Part shown: positions 9,575-17,448 of the stretch, one piece after another
Numbering within the stretch: the first letter of the stretch is position 1
Layout: each line of letters starts with the position of its first letter
Virus record (IMG/VR): IMGVR_UViG_3300030493_000350
Location: 1-25,910 of that record
Strand: one strand, 5' to 3'
From: a virus
Lineage: Duplodnaviria; Caudoviricetes
DNA length: 25,910 nucleotides
Notes under the pieces: generated by a model
Told to the model about the DNA's origin: nothing
Database searches by the model: none
What the model saw: the letters and a program-made list of their open reading frames with translations, nothing else
Translations under genes and position numbers: made by a program

Positions 9575-9650
9575 AAATAAAAAAGCGGCAGTTAGGTGGT
9601 TAGGCACCCAACTGCCGCTTGAAAAATTCCTCCGGTGATCAGCCGTGGAA
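9575..9650 (-). promoter_or_regulatory. Two-hairpin leader element, copy 2
   Basis: P1 9627-9650 (CGG-CTGATCA-CCG), P2 9583-9620, tail TTTTATTT. Confidence 0.8.
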
Positions 9651-9666
9651 AATAAATTGTACTTCT

Positions 9667-9694
9667 ATTATCCTTTACCCTAAAAACCTGTCAA
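9667..9694 (-). promoter_or_regulatory. Sigma70-type promoter for the head genes
   Basis: TTGACA (9694-9689), 16-nt spacer, GATAAT (9672-9667). Confidence 0.65.
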
Positions 9695-9698
9695 GGGG

Positions 9699-9723
9699 GT
9701 CGTTACTACGCTGTAGTAACGAC
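9699..9723. repeat. Perfect 11-bp inverted repeat, candidate operator
   Basis: GTCGTTACTAC-GCT-GTAGTAACGAC immediately upstream of the -35 box. Confidence 0.8.
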
Positions 9724-9725
9724 TT

Positions 9726-10001
9726 TTACTCCCCTTCCGCCTCACTGCTACGGAATCTATACCCGCATTTTAGGCATTTATGGTACCTTATCGGAGGTTT
9801 ACTCGCATAGGTCTTTATGATTTTACTCTTGCACTTCGGGCACTTTATGGGGTAATATATCACCCCGTAGCTGGAATTCTCGTCATCCTGGCCGCCCTTT
9901 TGGGCCTTCGGGTCCGCCTCTTTCGCCTGGGCAGACGGGGCCGGCCTGCTGTGCCTTATACCGAGCCAACCGCTCCGGGAAGATCTGTTTATCCAGCTCA
10001 T
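9726..10001 (-). CDS. Ogr/Delta-like zinc finger protein
   Basis: IKCPKCKSK...IRYHKCLKCGYRFRSSE; likely start ATG 10001. Confidence 0.7.
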   Translation of the reverse strand: MSWINRSSRSGWLGIRHSRPAPSAQAKEADPKAQKGGQDDENSSYGVIYYPIKCPKCKSKIIKTYASKPPIRYHKCLKCGYRFRSSEAEGE

Positions 10002-10008
10002 ATCCTGC

Positions 10009-11943
10009 CTATCGCTTGATCCACCCCTGGCGGCGGCCGCCAAGCCAGCTTCCGCCTGACTGGGATGGAGTAAAACTGCTTTTCTTGTGTTCTTCCCTTC
10101 TTTCCGGCTGCCTCTGGAAATCAGATTCCCTCATCGCGTATACGCGCAGCATATCGGCTGCCGCGGCATTATAGATCTCGACATCCCAGTAATGGTTACT
10201 CCCGGAGGTGTGTATCTTTTTCCAGTGGTAGGTTATAGTCTTGCGCTTGGGGTCCCGAACCTGTATCTTATGTTCCGAACTCATCTGCCTGAAATAATCC
10301 TCGGTCGTCCCTTCCGGGATATACCATCCCCCGCGCGTGTTGTCCTCTTCCGTGTTCTGGATCAGCCTGGTCACCTTGTCCTTGAAATAACTCGTATCGA
10401 TACGCCACAGCTTCAGCCCCCCCTGGATGACCTTGCCGCTTTTAGGCATCCGGTCTATGACCGACACGAGATACGTGGGACCATTAAGGTGATCGACGCC
10501 CTTTATCGCCCTGGCCTGATCCCGGTGCTGCCGGCAGAAGTTGTATACCTCATCCGTATGATAGCCGGTATCGCACAAAACAAGGCGGACCTTGAAAGGG
10601 TCTATGCCGGCGATTTCCGAGGGATAGCAGGTGCTAAAGATAATATCCTCTACGTCGTCCCAGGTTTCCACCCGCTCGGCCAGTATCCCCCAGGACCGCT
10701 GCCCGACGCCCCAGCCGCGTATCGCCAATATGAAATAATCTTTCTGGACGTCCACCGCGGCGGTAAGGACCTTCACCTCCATGGGAACGACGTGTTTTTT
10801 GTACGGCCTGATAAGCTTACGCAGCTTGTCCGGGGTATTATGCTCAAGCCCCTCCTCCCAGATCTCGGCGAGCCAGGAGTTCACGAAATTCATAAGTGTT
10901 TGGGGGTCGTCTTTTGAACTGAGGAACTCCGCCGCTATCTCGGAGAATGACAACCACGGGGAGTACAGAGCGCTAAGCCAGAAACCGCGCATGGAAGTCT
11001 GTGGGATCTCCCCGGATATTGTCCCGTCTTTGCCTATAGTGCACCCTTCCGGGACCCATTTGCCGGCCTCCAGCATGGCCTGCTTGTGGCGGTCTTCGAT
11101 GCGGCCGCCGCAGTGCATACATTCATACCAGGCCAAGGATTGGTTCTTTATCTTCTCGGGATCAGACTCGCTATCTTTCGGCCACTTAAGGTACTGCCGA
11201 AAAATAAAGATCTGGTACTCACCGCAGTGCGGGCATGGGACGTAATACTTGCACCTGTCTGAATGCTCATATTCACGGTTTATGTATCCTTCCCTTAGCG
11301 TGGGCGTGGAGCATTTTAATATCTTTCTGCTTACCTTGAACGTTCTCGTCCTTTCCCGGGAAAGCTTTATCGGATCAGCTTCTTTTCCGGAAAAAGGCGG
11401 GTATTTGTCCGTTTCATCAAGCAGGAGGAATCGGATAGGCTTCCCGGAAAGGGCCGCCGGGCTGTTTGATCCGGCAAGGTATATGATCATCCTATCCAGC
11501 TCGAGCGCCAGCTTGGAGATATCATCTTGAACGCCGGTCATGTGCCCGGAAAGAGCCGGCGAAAGCTCAATCATCCGCTTGAGCCTATCGGTGGAGAAGG
11601 TCTTTGCGTCTGCTTCCCTGGGCTGGACCCATAGTACCGGTCCCGGGTCATGGTCCACGGCGAACCCCAGGCAATTAAGAAACGCTTCGGTCTTGCCTAC
11701 CTGGGTGCTGAACATAAGAGTGACCTCCTCGATGAACGGATCGTTAAAGGCATCCATGGGCCCGCGCAGGTAAGGAGTGCGCGAAGTATGCCATTGCCCG
11801 GGCTCCGCGGAAGTTTTAGGGTCAAGCACCCTGTTCTTATCTGCCCATTCCGAAACCGTCTGCCCTTTGGGGATCTTCCATGCCATGCGCACCTGATCCG
11901 TCCATATTTCAGGCATTGGGATCAAAACCCCAGCATTAGCCAC
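10009..11943 (-). CDS. Terminase large subunit, GpA family
   Basis: RTPYLRGPMD, STQVGKTE, LLLDETDKY, YYVPCPHCG, AAVDVQKD and NHYWDVEIY motifs. Confidence 0.96.
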   Translation of the reverse strand: MANAGVLIPMPEIWTDQVRMAWKIPKGQTVSEWADKNRVLDPKTSAEPGQWHTSRTPYLRGPMDAFNDPFIEEVTLMFSTQVGKTEAFLNCLGFAVDHDPGPVLWVQPREADAKTFSTDRLKRMIELSPALSGHMTGVQDDISKLALELDRMIIYLAGSNSPAALSGKPIRFLLLDETDKYPPFSGKEADPIKLSRERTRTFKVSRKILKCSTPTLREGYINREYEHSDRCKYYVPCPHCGEYQIFIFRQYLKWPKDSESDPEKIKNQSLAWYECMHCGGRIEDRHKQAMLEAGKWVPEGCTIGKDGTISGEIPQTSMRGFWLSALYSPWLSFSEIAAEFLSSKDDPQTLMNFVNSWLAEIWEEGLEHNTPDKLRKLIRPYKKHVVPMEVKVLTAAVDVQKDYFILAIRGWGVGQRSWGILAERVETWDDVEDIIFSTCYPSEIAGIDPFKVRLVLCDTGYHTDEVYNFCRQHRDQARAIKGVDHLNGPTYLVSVIDRMPKSGKVIQGGLKLWRIDTSYFKDKVTRLIQNTEEDNTRGGWYIPEGTTEDYFRQMSSEHKIQVRDPKRKTITYHWKKIHTSGSNHYWDVEIYNAAAADMLRVYAMRESDFQRQPERREEHKKSSFTPSQSGGSWLGGRRQGWIKR

Positions 11944-12586
11944 TTTTTTCCTTCTCCTTTTTCTTATCGAATATTTTTGATTCTGATATCCTGTCGATCA
12001 CGTTTTCCACTTCTTCCTGGACAATGGCCTTGATCTTACGCGGCTCCTGGCCGAAGCAACGAAGGGATATCGTATTGGGCAGAACAAGCAGCGCCCGCTT
12101 CATGGCCAGGCTTATGTTTATAAGCTCTTTTTCGACCTTATCCCGCAGTATCAGCTTACCCTTCCTGACGTCGTTTTCGATCCTGCGCTTTTTCACGTCC
12201 TCCTTCAGTCGAGCTATTTCCCAGCGTACCTTGTCGGCGTATACGCCTTTTCTTCCTCCTGAAACCTTGCCCTCATGTTCCGCTCTCCAGGAATTGATCT
12301 TTTCAAGATCGTATTTACCGTCTTGTGCCGGCGGCATTCCTTCTTTTAGCCAGCGCGCGACCGTACGGACCGAAACCCCGAAAGCCCGGGCAACGCTTTC
12401 CTGGCTTTCCGCGTATCCCCGGGATTCCGATTCGGAACTTAATTCCTCAAGCTCGCGGATCTCCCCTTTCTTTAACGCGGGGGTTGATGACCTGCCGCTT
12501 TGTAGCTTTTCTATTAATTGTATTTGCCGGCGTTTTTTCGCCATCTCGATTATTCTGATTTTCTGGTTTTTAAAATTATCCATCAT
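11936..12586 (-). CDS. Terminase small subunit (Nu1-like)
   Basis: wHTH VARAFGVSVRTVARWLKEGMP..YDL followed by a coiled coil; overlaps the terL start. Confidence 0.88.
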   Translation of the reverse strand: MMDNFKNQKIRIIEMAKKRRQIQLIEKLQSGRSSTPALKKGEIRELEELSSESESRGYAESQESVARAFGVSVRTVARWLKEGMPPAQDGKYDLEKINSWRAEHEGKVSGGRKGVYADKVRWEIARLKEDVKKRRIENDVRKGKLILRDKVEKELINISLAMKRALLVLPNTISLRCFGQEPRKIKAIVQEEVENVIDRISESKIFDKKKEKEKSG

Positions 12587-12593
12587 GCGGGCA

Positions 12594-12623
12594 TTGACAA
12601 ACAGAGCGAGCGTGAATTAAAAT
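12594..12623 (+). promoter_or_regulatory. Antisense-oriented sigma70-type promoter
   Basis: TTGACA (12594-12599), 18-nt spacer, TAAAAT (12618-12623). Confidence 0.55.
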
Positions 12624-12641
12624 ATGCTCATCTGTGTGTGA

Positions 12642-12709
12642 GCGGCTGGAAAAACCCGCATGCCTTGAACATGTGGGTGGCGCGGATTTAACTATTCGGG
12701 CCCGGCCGC
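12642..12709 (+). ncRNA. Candidate structured small RNA (three-stem junction)
   Basis: Closing stem GCGGCUGG/CCGGCCGC encloses hairpins ACCCGCAUG/CAUGUGGGU and GCGCGGAU/AUUCGGGC. Each stem has a G-U pair on the + strand. Confidence 0.5.
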
Positions 12710-12713
12710 CCGT

Positions 12714-12911
12714 TTATTTATCTTTCTCCGTAAGGACAACACGGTTAGAAACATCTTTACTCAATCCAATCCCTATAAGCGCTCCTGCTCCAAACCATGA
12801 CAAAATAATCATGCCAAGGTATCCTAAAAGATTCGTTCCTTTACAAGGCCTTCCGGAAATTCCCAGAGCGAATAAAACCCCGGATAAGTAAATATAAAGC
12901 AATGCTTCCAT
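12714..12911 (-). CDS. Small hydrophobic protein (2 TM)
   Basis: 65 aa, SD AAGGAGG, hydrophobic body with a charged C-terminus. Confidence 0.7.
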   Translation of the reverse strand: MEALLYIYLSGVLFALGISGRPCKGTNLLGYLGMIILSWFGAGALIGIGLSKDVSNRVVLTEKDK

Positions 12912-13012
12912 TAAACCCCTCCTTCTTACTCAACCTTCATTCTGTATCTATTCCACTGGTAGTGCTATAATACATTAATGCATTAATTTAAACTGGATGG
13001 AAAGATATCTCC

Positions 13013-13249
13013 ATGAATACACGGTATAAGATACTGCTAACATCGATATTTATCCCGATCTTGTATTACTTGTCAAAAAACCATTACTTTGTGGTTCGCA
13101 AGAATATCAGGTCTTGGCTAATCGCAGCAAGAATGCCATTCTACAGATTCTTCAAGAAATCACCTCCGGCTAATAAAAAACGGGGAAGCGATAGGCCTCG
13201 GACTCCTTGGATAGATAGAAAAATTACTAAAGATTGGCTGCGCAGGTAA
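13013..13249 (+). CDS. Hypothetical moron protein (N-terminal TM, basic)
   Basis: AT-rich ORF preceded by extended -10 TGCTATAAT (12963-12971). Confidence 0.5.
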   Translation: MNTRYKILLTSIFIPILYYLSKNHYFVVRKNIRSWLIAARMPFYRFFKKSPPANKKRGSDRPRTPWIDRKITKDWLRR

Positions 13250-14528
13250 GAACTCCTTTCTTACCCGTAAACTCTTCCCATCTCCGGACAGCTACATCAC
13301 AGAATACCGGCTCAAGCTCCATTGCGAAACAACGCCGGCCGACACGTTCAGCCGCGATAATCTGACTTCCGGATCCGCTAAAAGGTTCAAGACAGATATC
13401 ACCAGGTTTCGTATGCACCCGCATGGGGATGGCAAATATTTCTGTCGGCTTTACGGTAGGATGGTTTAAACCGCTATTGCGTTTCTTCCCATCAAAATCC
13501 AACTCCCAGATATCACTGTAATATTCGGGGCTTGTAGGATCTCCGTCTTTTACCAGGTTGCAGAACCATACCGAACCAATCCGCTTTTCTGAAGGACGGA
13601 AAAACGGCTTATTGCCGCGGCGCCAGCCGAAGAGACAAGGCTCATGCCTCCATGGATAAACTGAGAATGTCATGATAGTGCAAGGCTTTACCCAGACAAT
13701 ATGCTGATGGATCAATAAATCCAGTTCTTCCCATATTTTTCTAATAAGAAGTAATCGGCGGTCGGCATGCCAAAGATAAAGTGCGGCGTTCTGCTCAACA
13801 TGCTGCAAAGCGATCGTGTAGAAATCCTGATAAAACTTCTCAGCATCCGGAATATCCACTTCGTGATATAAATCTGACCAGTCTTTCCCACCGTTCGGCC
13901 GGTCCGCACCGGTATAATCAACCATATACGGAGGATCCGTGGCCAACAGTTGCGCGGTCTTACCATCCATCAATCTGGTGATATCCCCGGCATTTGTGTT
14001 GCTGCCGCATAAAAGCCTGTGATCTCCCAGGATCCACAGATCACCGGGCTTAGTGATCGATATCTCCGGAGGCTCCGGGATATCATCGGGCAGGGTATTC
14101 CCCACCACTTCAACTTCCAAATCATGACATTCTTCGCGGAGTTCCTGCAAGCGCAAGTTAATATAGTCTTCCGGCATATCGCGGCGTAAGCGTTCCAAAA
14201 TCGGGATAATAGTTTGGATAAAATAGCCGGCGATAGCTTGGTTGTTTAAAGTAAGGCTCATCGCCTGCTGCATCATGTCGTCAACATCAACCATAACGCA
14301 GTTAACCTTCTTAATCCCAGCGTCTTGCAGTATCTTAAACCGCTGATGCCCTCCAACAATCTGCATGTTCCGCTTATTCAAAATTATAAGATCGACATAT
14401 CCAAACCTTTCCAGGCTGGAACGCAACCCGGACAGTGCCTCATCAGCTATTTCGCGTGGGTTATCCGGGCACTGTTTGATACATGACATTTGCACTTCTT
14501 GAATGTCCGGTTTGGCATTGATCTGCAT
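13227..14528 (-). CDS. ParB-like domain fused to an N6/N4 DNA methyltransferase
   Basis: NPR..VGGHQR at the N-terminus; TDPPY, HPTVKP and EPFSGSGS motifs. Confidence 0.92.
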   Translation of the reverse strand: MQINAKPDIQEVQMSCIKQCPDNPREIADEALSGLRSSLERFGYVDLIILNKRNMQIVGGHQRFKILQDAGIKKVNCVMVDVDDMMQQAMSLTLNNQAIAGYFIQTIIPILERLRRDMPEDYINLRLQELREECHDLEVEVVGNTLPDDIPEPPEISITKPGDLWILGDHRLLCGSNTNAGDITRLMDGKTAQLLATDPPYMVDYTGADRPNGGKDWSDLYHEVDIPDAEKFYQDFYTIALQHVEQNAALYLWHADRRLLLIRKIWEELDLLIHQHIVWVKPCTIMTFSVYPWRHEPCLFGWRRGNKPFFRPSEKRIGSVWFCNLVKDGDPTSPEYYSDIWELDFDGKKRNSGLNHPTVKPTEIFAIPMRVHTKPGDICLEPFSGSGSQIIAAERVGRRCFAMELEPVFCDVAVRRWEEFTGKKGVLTCAANL

Positions 14529-14637
14529 AGGCTCAAACTCCTGTTTTCCGTCGTGTAATTAAGTTTACACTACCATCCGTTAGGTATCATTATGACCATG
14601 ACATGGCGCAAAATCATTTCGTGCGCGCTTACGCGCT

Positions 14638-14682
14638 GCGCCTCGGCCGACCCGCTATCCCCTCCCCCCGTCGGAAGGACCC
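14638..14682 (-). other. Predicted cos site (cosQ plus cosN)
   Basis: GGGTCCT, 23 nt ending in GCG, then GGTCGGCCGAGG-CGC; same layout as lambda GGGTCCT-23 nt-GGGCGGCGACCT-CGC. Confidence 0.75.
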
Positions 14683-14870
14683 GCTCGCTTATAGACATCA
14701 TCGAGGATGCTAACCACATTGGATTGGTCTTTTGCCATCTCGCGCCATACCCTTCGGCGAGTATTGCGGTCGCATCCCGAGCGTTTCATGATCACATCCA
14801 GGTTCCTCAAGACTTCAATCGCCGTCTTTAGCTGCCTGCGCCTTAGCCACTTCTTTATTCTCTTGATCAC
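14655..14870 (-). CDS. Hypothetical basic protein
   Basis: ORF with SD AGGTGG; its 3' end overlaps cosQ. Confidence 0.5.
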   Translation of the reverse strand: MIKRIKKWLRRRQLKTAIEVLRNLDVIMKRSGCDRNTRRRVWREMAKDQSNVVSILDDVYKRAGPSDGGRG

Positions 14871-14877
14871 TATCCAC

Positions 14878-15093
14878 CTACCTTGTCTTGATTTGTAGAA
14901 CAGCTGTCGGACGCGTGATGATCAACCTGCCTACCACGCGCGGCGGCATCGGAGATATGATCTGGTTGTTATCCATAAAGGTAATATCGACTGTCGACCC
15001 CGGCTGCAATAAATCGTGGATTATGGCAGCGTGGTATTGAATAGAGGCAAGGATCTCTTGGCTCTTTTGCCTGTTTAAATTTTCTTCTGCCAT
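14878..15093 (-). CDS. Hypothetical protein
   Basis: ORF with SD AAGGAG, packed within the operon. Confidence 0.6.
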   Translation of the reverse strand: MAEENLNRQKSQEILASIQYHAAIIHDLLQPGSTVDITFMDNNQIISPMPPRVVGRLIITRPTAVLQIKTR

Positions 15094-15362
15094 ACTTTCT
15101 CCTTCCAGCTATAAAAAACGATTTGAATTAACCAAATGGTATTCATCCCTACTAAAAATAATCCTCCGATAAATGATGCCCATTGACTCAAGTGGGGATA
15201 ATAATAAAGATTCCAACATCCCCAGACTGAGAAAAACAGGATATGAATCCACGATATTCCTCTTACTCTTTTATCCCTGTGCAGCTTGATTATGCTCATA
15301 AGAATAAAAGGCGCCCCCAACAGCTCAAAACCTCCGTTCACTAAATCCTGCCATATTCCCAC
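15075..15362 (-). CDS. PQ-loop/SemiSWEET-like small membrane protein
   Basis: IIKLHRDKRVRGISW and three hydrophobic segments. Confidence 0.6.
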   Translation of the reverse strand: MGIWQDLVNGGFELLGAPFILMSIIKLHRDKRVRGISWIHILFFSVWGCWNLYYYPHLSQWASFIGGLFLVGMNTIWLIQIVFYSWKEKVWQKKI

Positions 15363-15746
15363 CTAAAGCCCCCTGATCGATATGCTGGCTTTCTCCTGTG
15401 TCCCAGCTTTTACAAAGATAACTTTTGCAAACTCGTATTCTCGCACAATAGAGCAACAATCATCCGGCCACGCTTCTCCGTTTAAGGCATCATTGATCCC
15501 TTTTATAAGATTATCTAAATCTACCCGGCGGCCTTCTCTTATATGAAATTCATACCCAATAGAAACCGGACCAAAGAAGCACTTCCCTCCGGACTGGCGA
15601 TAAGATAAGACAACCAGTTCTCGAAAGGCAAACCATCGCTCTACGATATCCCTTCCAGCCCATCTATCTCTCTGAGTCATCCTCGGCTTAGAAGACAGCT
15701 TCTTGCAGGTAACTGTAAACACAAATTCTTTGTTACTTAATTGCAT
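15363..15746 (-). CDS. rusA: RusA-like Holliday junction resolvase
   Basis: KPRMTQRDRW and DLDNLIKGINDALNGEAWPDD motifs. Confidence 0.85.
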   Translation of the reverse strand: MQLSNKEFVFTVTCKKLSSKPRMTQRDRWAGRDIVERWFAFRELVVLSYRQSGGKCFFGPVSIGYEFHIREGRRVDLDNLIKGINDALNGEAWPDDCCSIVREYEFAKVIFVKAGTQEKASISIRGL

Positions 15747-16831
15747 GGTGAATAGAATAGGCTGTGCCGCAACCGATAAGTATTGGCATGCTTAAAATGC
15801 CCGAGATAAGAACTGATCACGGCTTTAATCTTTTCCGGATTAATGTTTACTGAAGCAAACATTTTTAGCTTAGCCTTAAGGTTGTTTATTACCCGCTTCC
15901 TCACCAATACATACCCAGGCCTTACGATATACCCCAGGAAATCGATACCATTGGACACCGGCAACAACTTGCGCCGCTCAGGATGCAGCTGAAGCTTCAG
16001 CTGCTGGGCGACAAACTCATCGATCCGCCCTCTCAATTCCGCCAGCTTCTCCGGGTCTGTATCCAGAATCACAAAATCATCCACGTACCGGAGATAATGC
16101 CGGCATTTAAGAGTATGCTTGACGAATTGATCAAGCTCATCGAGATATACGTTGGCAAAAAACTGGCTCGTGAGATTTCCTATCGGAAGGCCGCGCTCAT
16201 TATCCTTACCGAAAAGGCTTTTGTTGACCGGAATGGATTTCAATAGTGCGGAATCACCCCGGATGATGTACGACTTTGTGCAATCCCAGAAGAGAATCAC
16301 CCGGGTAAGCCATAAGATATCCGGGTCGGTTATTTTTCTTTTGATCAGATCGAAAAGAATTTCTTTATTAATTGACGGGAAAAAATCTTTTATATCGAGT
16401 TGCAGGTAATATGCTCTTAACTTGCCGTTCCTGGTAGCCTGCCGGGTGAATTTACGCAACCTGTGTACTGCGGCATGTGTACCTTTACCGCTCCGGCAAG
16501 CGTATGAATCATGAATAAAAACCGGCTCGAAGACCTTTTCCATCTGATCCACAAGAAGATGGTGCACTATTCGATCTCTAAAATCAGCCGCGAAGATCTC
16601 CCGCTTCTTGGGTTTTGTTACGGTAAACAGAATAGAGCGCGAAGGATGGTAAGTTTTCTTGGTTAGTTCCCATTCGAGCTGGATAATATTCTCGGAGACA
16701 CCAATTTCAATCCGGAGAGCATTAATTGTGTTGCGTTTCTTCTTCCGGCAATCGATATAAGCCCGATAAATATTTTCGAACGAAAATATACTGCTTTTAG
16801 AATCGTTGGCTGGAACGGACGGGACGAACAT
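15737..16831 (-). CDS. DGR reverse transcriptase
   Basis: KKREIFAADFRDRIVHH, LDIKDFFPSI, GLPIGNLTSQ (the SQ typical of DGR RTs), YLRYVDDF and GIDFLGY. Confidence 0.96.
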   Translation of the reverse strand: MFVPSVPANDSKSSIFSFENIYRAYIDCRKKKRNTINALRIEIGVSENIIQLEWELTKKTYHPSRSILFTVTKPKKREIFAADFRDRIVHHLLVDQMEKVFEPVFIHDSYACRSGKGTHAAVHRLRKFTRQATRNGKLRAYYLQLDIKDFFPSINKEILFDLIKRKITDPDILWLTRVILFWDCTKSYIIRGDSALLKSIPVNKSLFGKDNERGLPIGNLTSQFFANVYLDELDQFVKHTLKCRHYLRYVDDFVILDTDPEKLAELRGRIDEFVAQQLKLQLHPERRKLLPVSNGIDFLGYIVRPGYVLVRKRVINNLKAKLKMFASVNINPEKIKAVISSYLGHFKHANTYRLRHSLFYSPCN

Positions 16832-16896
16832 AATTATGATTGTCCTTATCGTTGTTGTTCACGTTGCCGTTGTTGGAACCCACGCACCACGCGGCC
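16807..16896 (-). repeat. DGR template repeat (TR)
   Basis: AAC-rich 90 bp (reads AAWCVGSNNGNVNNNDKDNHNYVRPVRSS) between avd and RT. It differs from the two VRs almost only at adenines. Confidence 0.96.
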
Positions 16897-16928
16897 CAAA
16901 GGCAACAACAAGCTGCTTGCCTCTTCAC

Positions 16929-17414
16929 TTAATGCCGATAATGGCCATCGGAAACAGATCCTTTCGGTACCATTTCCTGTTTTCTCATACCTGAACTGCT
17001 GGTGGAAAAGGCGCCCAGTGACTTCCTATTCGCAGGCTCCCGGGCAGGCTTCTCTTGCCTACCGGGATTCTCACAACTTCTTAGCCATCCTTCGCACTGT
17101 TTTGATACCTCACTGACTTTTCGCGCGGCTACCGCATAACTATGAGGGTTACGGTATGCTTTAATCTCAGCGCATATATCCACTTTTATCTTTAGTTCTA
17201 ATAATTTATCCAAGGCGAGTCTAAGGTTGTTTTCTCTTAGTGAGCGGATATTGGCCTTGGCTATCAAAATGAGCGCAGCATACGAATCCCTACGGATATC
17301 TACTCCGATCTGGTATTTGTGATATCTCTCAAAGCCGCGGATGAGCATTTCAAAATAGGCGGTCATATCTTTTGCGGCTTTATACACTCTTAGATTTTCG
17401 TACGCTGCGCTCAT
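16929..17414 (-). CDS. avd: DGR accessory variability determinant (Avd, four-helix bundle)
   Basis: YENLRVYK..FERYHKYQIGVDIR..EVSKQCEGW; lies upstream of TR. Confidence 0.88.
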   Translation of the reverse strand: MSAAYENLRVYKAAKDMTAYFEMLIRGFERYHKYQIGVDIRRDSYAALILIAKANIRSLRENNLRLALDKLLELKIKVDICAEIKAYRNPHSYAVAARKVSEVSKQCEGWLRSCENPGRQEKPAREPANRKSLGAFSTSSSGMRKQEMVPKGSVSDGHYRH

Positions 17415-17448
17415 ATCTTCCTCAATGGTCTAAATTGTCAAAATGTCA

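Noticed and set aside
9560-9607. Track start for the gpW-like gene at 9607
   Set aside because: It lies inside the terminator-like hairpin, whereas ATG 9559 has a GGAGGAG SD.
1276-12620. Many long plus-strand ORFs (e.g. 6294..6980, 10087..10917, 7653..8309)
   Set aside because: They are antisense shadows of well-supported minus-strand structural genes and show no recognisable motifs.
12642-12709. tRNA gene
   Set aside because: No D arm, no TTC T-loop consensus and no CCA; kept only as a candidate structured RNA.
15737-16831. RT as a group II intron, retron or Abi RT
   Set aside because: The GNLTSQ motif, the small size, the adjacent Avd and the TR/VR adenine pattern identify it as a DGR RT.
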